The notes under the pieces are model-generated. The model was not told the origin of the DNA. It did no database searches and worked only from the letters and a program-made list of their open reading frames with translations. Shown here one piece after another: positions 60,101 to 64,000 of a stretch of DNA of 64,000 nt; position 1 is the first letter of the stretch; each line of letters opens with the position of its first letter. Source of the DNA: Octopus vulgaris. Taxonomy: Eukaryota. A program made the position numbers and the translations under genes. The stretch is taken from NCBI GenBank assembly GCA_951406725.2, contig OX597841.1, positions 15,438,001-15,502,000 on the forward strand, given 5' to 3'.

Positions 60101-60284
60101 GTGGTTTGTTAAAATTGTAGAGGTATAAAACAGACACAAATTAAAATTACTTTTTCTTGCCCCAGTTAATGTAAAGACCTATATATCAATAAACAACCGA
60201 CGACTCAAGACTACCATGGATGTACTTGTAGAAACAAATTTAAATGTCCCCTTGGCCAGGAATGCTGTTGAGGTATGAAATGTG

Positions 60285-60620
60285 GCACTTCGTCGATTAC
60301 GATGACGAGTGTTCCAGTTGATCCGATCAACGGAACCGTCTGCTTGTGAAACAAACTTGTAAGTGGTTGAGCACTCCACAGACACTTGTACCCTTCATGT
60401 AGTTCTTGGGAAGAAGGTGCTACTTGATCCGGCCAGCGGAACAACCAGCGGAGCACTCACACCAAAGACACCGGTGCCCTTAATGTGGTTCTTAAGAATA
60501 TTCAACGTGACACAAAATGTGACAAAACTGGCCCCTTTTCGAATTACAGACACGACTCATTTTTGTCAGCTGAGTGAAATTGAGCAACATTGAAGTGTTT
60601 TGCTCAAGAAAAACAAGGCA
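60285..60620 (-). mobile_element. SINE family D/C-tail copy; its head continues at 60867-60886 beyond the MITE
   Basis: GTTGATCCGATCAACGGAAC..GAGCACTCCACAGACAC matches 37800-37880. Confidence 0.75.
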
Positions 60621-60647
60621 TCGGTTCAGAAATCCAACACTCTCACC

Positions 60648-60866
60648 CAGTGCTTTTCAAACTTTTTGCTGGGGCGGAACCCCAAGGAAGCATTCCACTG
60701 GCTCGAGGAACCCCTGTGCAATAATCTAATAGTTTTATGCACACATATCTGCACAGGAGAATTAAAAATTACTGCCGATTTTAGCAGTTTTGTAACTTCT
60801 TGCAGAACCCCTGGACTGTACTGGTGGAACCCTAAATTTCCGCGGAACCCTGGTTGAAAGCCACTG
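60648..60866. mobile_element. hAT (Charlie-like) MITE, 219 bp
   Basis: TIRs CAGTGCTTTTCAA / TTGAAAGCCACTG, 8-bp TSD CTCTCACC / CTCTAACC, repeated subterminal GGAACCC. Confidence 0.88.
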
Positions 60867-61009
60867 CTCTAACCACTAAGACACGAGCATCGATATACAA
60901 AGTAGTTCCACACCCGTGAAGATGCAAGAGGGGATTTTTCTGTCTCAGCATTTTGTCAGGCGTGCTAACTATGCCGCCACACAATTTCTACGATTAACCC
61001 TACAACAAG

Positions 61010-61046
61010 CTTCACCACCACTACCGATACAACAACAACAACAACA

Positions 61047-61108
<62 letters not shown>

Positions 61109-61119
61109 CACCATCACAA

Positions 61120-61150
<31 letters not shown>

Positions 61151-61332
61151 TAACTACTACCACGACCACGACCACCACAACCACCAACACCACCACTACA
61201 ACTGCTGCTGCTGCTGCTAATACTACTACTAGAATTACTACTGCTACTACTACTACAACTACCACGACTACTACTACCACTACCACTGTTACTGCCACTA
61301 CCACCATCACCACCACCACCACCACCACCACC

Positions 61333-61363
<31 letters not shown>

Positions 61364-61418
61364 TAACTACTACTACGACAACCAGCACTACAACTGCTGC
61401 TAATACTTCTACTAGAAT

Positions 61419-61463
<45 letters not shown>

Positions 61464-61500
61464 CACAACCACTATCACTGCCACTACTACTACTACTACA
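61010..61500. repeat. (ACT/ACC)n array
   Basis: Directly visible. Confidence 0.95.
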
Positions 61501-61760
61501 ATGTCTAAAACCACTACCCCCACCCATTCCAACATCTGTCACTCGTTCTCAGAACGAGGCGCAAAGATTGCTATCACATCCAAAACAGAAACACAAAACG
61601 GATATTGGCCGGCAGCCATTTTAACACTTTGTTATTTTTTTCCCTAGCATACACATGCACATGCGCACATGCGTACATACTCGCCCATATACACGCGTTA
61701 GTGTAGGCAACACGAGCAGATATACACACGCAAAAATCCACGTAATCAAACGGAGGTATT

Positions 61761-61862
<102 letters not shown>

Positions 61863-62105
61863 ATGTGTGTGTGTGTGTGCATGTATATATATATATATAT
61901 ATGTATATATAAACACGTATATGCTTCAACACAGAGGCACATAAAATGAAGTGGGCCTAGATAGCCATATACATACACATACATTTAGAAATGCATGTTT
62001 GCATGCGTATACATATATACATATATATTTGTACATGCGTATATACAACTTTAAGCACGTATGTATTTATACATATTTATATGTATGTATATATGTATAT
62101 AGATA

Positions 62106-62156
<51 letters not shown>

Positions 62157-62199
62157 TCACAAACTAATACACACACAAGTATATATATGTATGCATATG

Positions 62200-62257
<58 letters not shown>

Positions 62258-62320
62258 TATATAGGCTCAGGCACTCCTTTTTGGTTTCATATCATTCTAT
62301 CTGTACATAGCCATCTATCA

Positions 62321-62356
<36 letters not shown>

Positions 62357-62529
62357 GCACACACACAAGCATATACAAAAGCAAAGGCACTCGCGCACGC
62401 GCGTACATATTTCACGCTGGCGCTCCGTCTCCGACAAACCCCCCGCCCGCTGACTTACTTTCTTTCACACATGCATTTTCGGTTCCTGTCCGCCGTGTGA
62501 GATGCATGCGCAAGTGCATGTCTGCATGT

Positions 62530-62542
62530 GTGCATGTATGTA

Positions 62543-62579
<37 letters not shown>

Positions 62580-62860
62580 ATGTATGTATGTATGTATGCA
62601 TGTGTGTATGTATGTATGTATGTATGTATGTATGTATGTATGTATGTATGTGTGTGTGTATGTGTGTATGTATGTATGTATGTATGTATGAGTGTATGTA
62701 TGTATGTGTGTATGTGTGTATGTATGTATGTGTGTATGTATGAGTGTATGTATGTATGTATGTATGCATGTGTGTATGTATGTATGAATGTATGTATGTA
62801 TGTATGTATGTATGTGTGTGTGTATGTGTGTATGTATGTATGTGTGTGTGTATGTACGTA

Positions 62861-62891
<31 letters not shown>

Positions 62892-63088
62892 ATGTATGTA
62901 TGTATGTATGTATGTATGCATGTGTGTATGTATGTATGAATGTATGTATGTATGTATGTATGTATGTGTGTGTGTATGTGTGTATGTATGTATGTATGTA
63001 TGTATGAGTGTATGTATGTATGTGTGTATGTGTGTATGAGTGTTTGTATGTATGAGTGTATGTATGTATGTGTGTGTGTATGTACGTA

Positions 63089-63119
<31 letters not shown>

Positions 63120-63152
63120 ATGTATGTATGTATGTATGTATGTATGTACGTA

Positions 63153-63183
<31 letters not shown>

Positions 63184-63200
63184 ATGTATGTATGTACGTA

Positions 63201-63231
<31 letters not shown>

Positions 63232-63526
63232 ATGTATGTATGTATGTATGAGTGTATGTATGTATGTATGTATGTATTTATGTATTTATGTATGTATGTA
63301 TGTATGTATGTATGTATGTATGTATGTATGTATGTATGTGTGTGTGTATGTATGTATGCATGTATGTATGTATGTATGTGTGTGTATGTATGTATGTATG
63401 TATGTATGTATGTATGTATGTATGTATGTATGTATGTATGTGTGTATGTATGTATGTATGCATGTATGTATGTATGTATGTGTGTATGTGTGTATGTATG
63501 TATGTATGTATGTATGTATGTACGTA

Positions 63527-63557
<31 letters not shown>

Positions 63558-64000
63558 ATGTATGAGTGTATGTATGTATGTATGTATGTATTTATGTATT
63601 TATGTATGTATGTATGTATGTATGTATGTATGTATGTATGTATGTATGTATGTATGTATGTATGTATGTATGTATGTGTGTGTGTATGTATGTATGTATG
63701 TATGTATGTATGTATGTGTGTGTATGTATGTATGTATGTATGTATGTATGTATGCATGTATGTATGTATGTATGTATGTGTGTATGTGTGTATGTATGTA
63801 TGTATGTGTGTACGTATGCATGCATGTATGTATGTATGTATGTATGTATGTATGTATGTATGTATGTATGTGTGTATGTGTGTATGTATGTATGTATGTA
63901 TGTATGTATGTATGCATGCATGTATGTATGTATGTATGTATGTATGTATGTATGTGTGTGTGTGTATGTATGTATGTATGTATGTATGTATGTATGTATG
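62530..64000. repeat. (TATG)n/(TG)n array, >1.4 kb, runs off the window end
   Basis: Directly visible. Confidence 0.98.

Noticed and set aside
62440-62505. Minus-strand splice donor AAA|GTAAGT with a short upstream segment
   Set aside because: No acceptor or coding signal upstream, only (TACA)n.

Overview
Eukaryotic, AT-rich, repeat-saturated DNA with no host protein-coding gene that I can support. It is intergenic or lies within a very large intron. Roughly half of it is microsatellite, including a ~3.07 kb (AAT)n array, and these repeats generate almost all of the long ORFs in the track. The rest is a dense mosaic of tRNA-derived SINEs (at least four families, many nested), a stop-free L1/Tx1-type reverse-transcriptase fragment, an RTE-like 3' end with C2H2 fingers, two decayed DD37D (maT) transposons, a deleted mariner, a hAT MITE, a 5S rRNA pseudogene and small CpG-rich unique islands carrying CTCF/YY1/E-box/ETS motifs. 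This repeat landscape suggests an octopus (coleoid cephalopod) genome, which is an inference. The main result is about 16 hammerhead-ribozyme (HHR) motifs, found by hand in short TA-adjacent elements that resemble Penelope pLTR fragments. Most are type I with a palindromic stem III (dimer-type). One three-copy family appears to carry a G3:C8 swapped core. Two sequence-unrelated copies (18594-18653, 38655-38722) contain all HHR elements in a reversed, pseudoknotted order that matches none of types I, II or III. All pairings were assigned by eye and none was computed.
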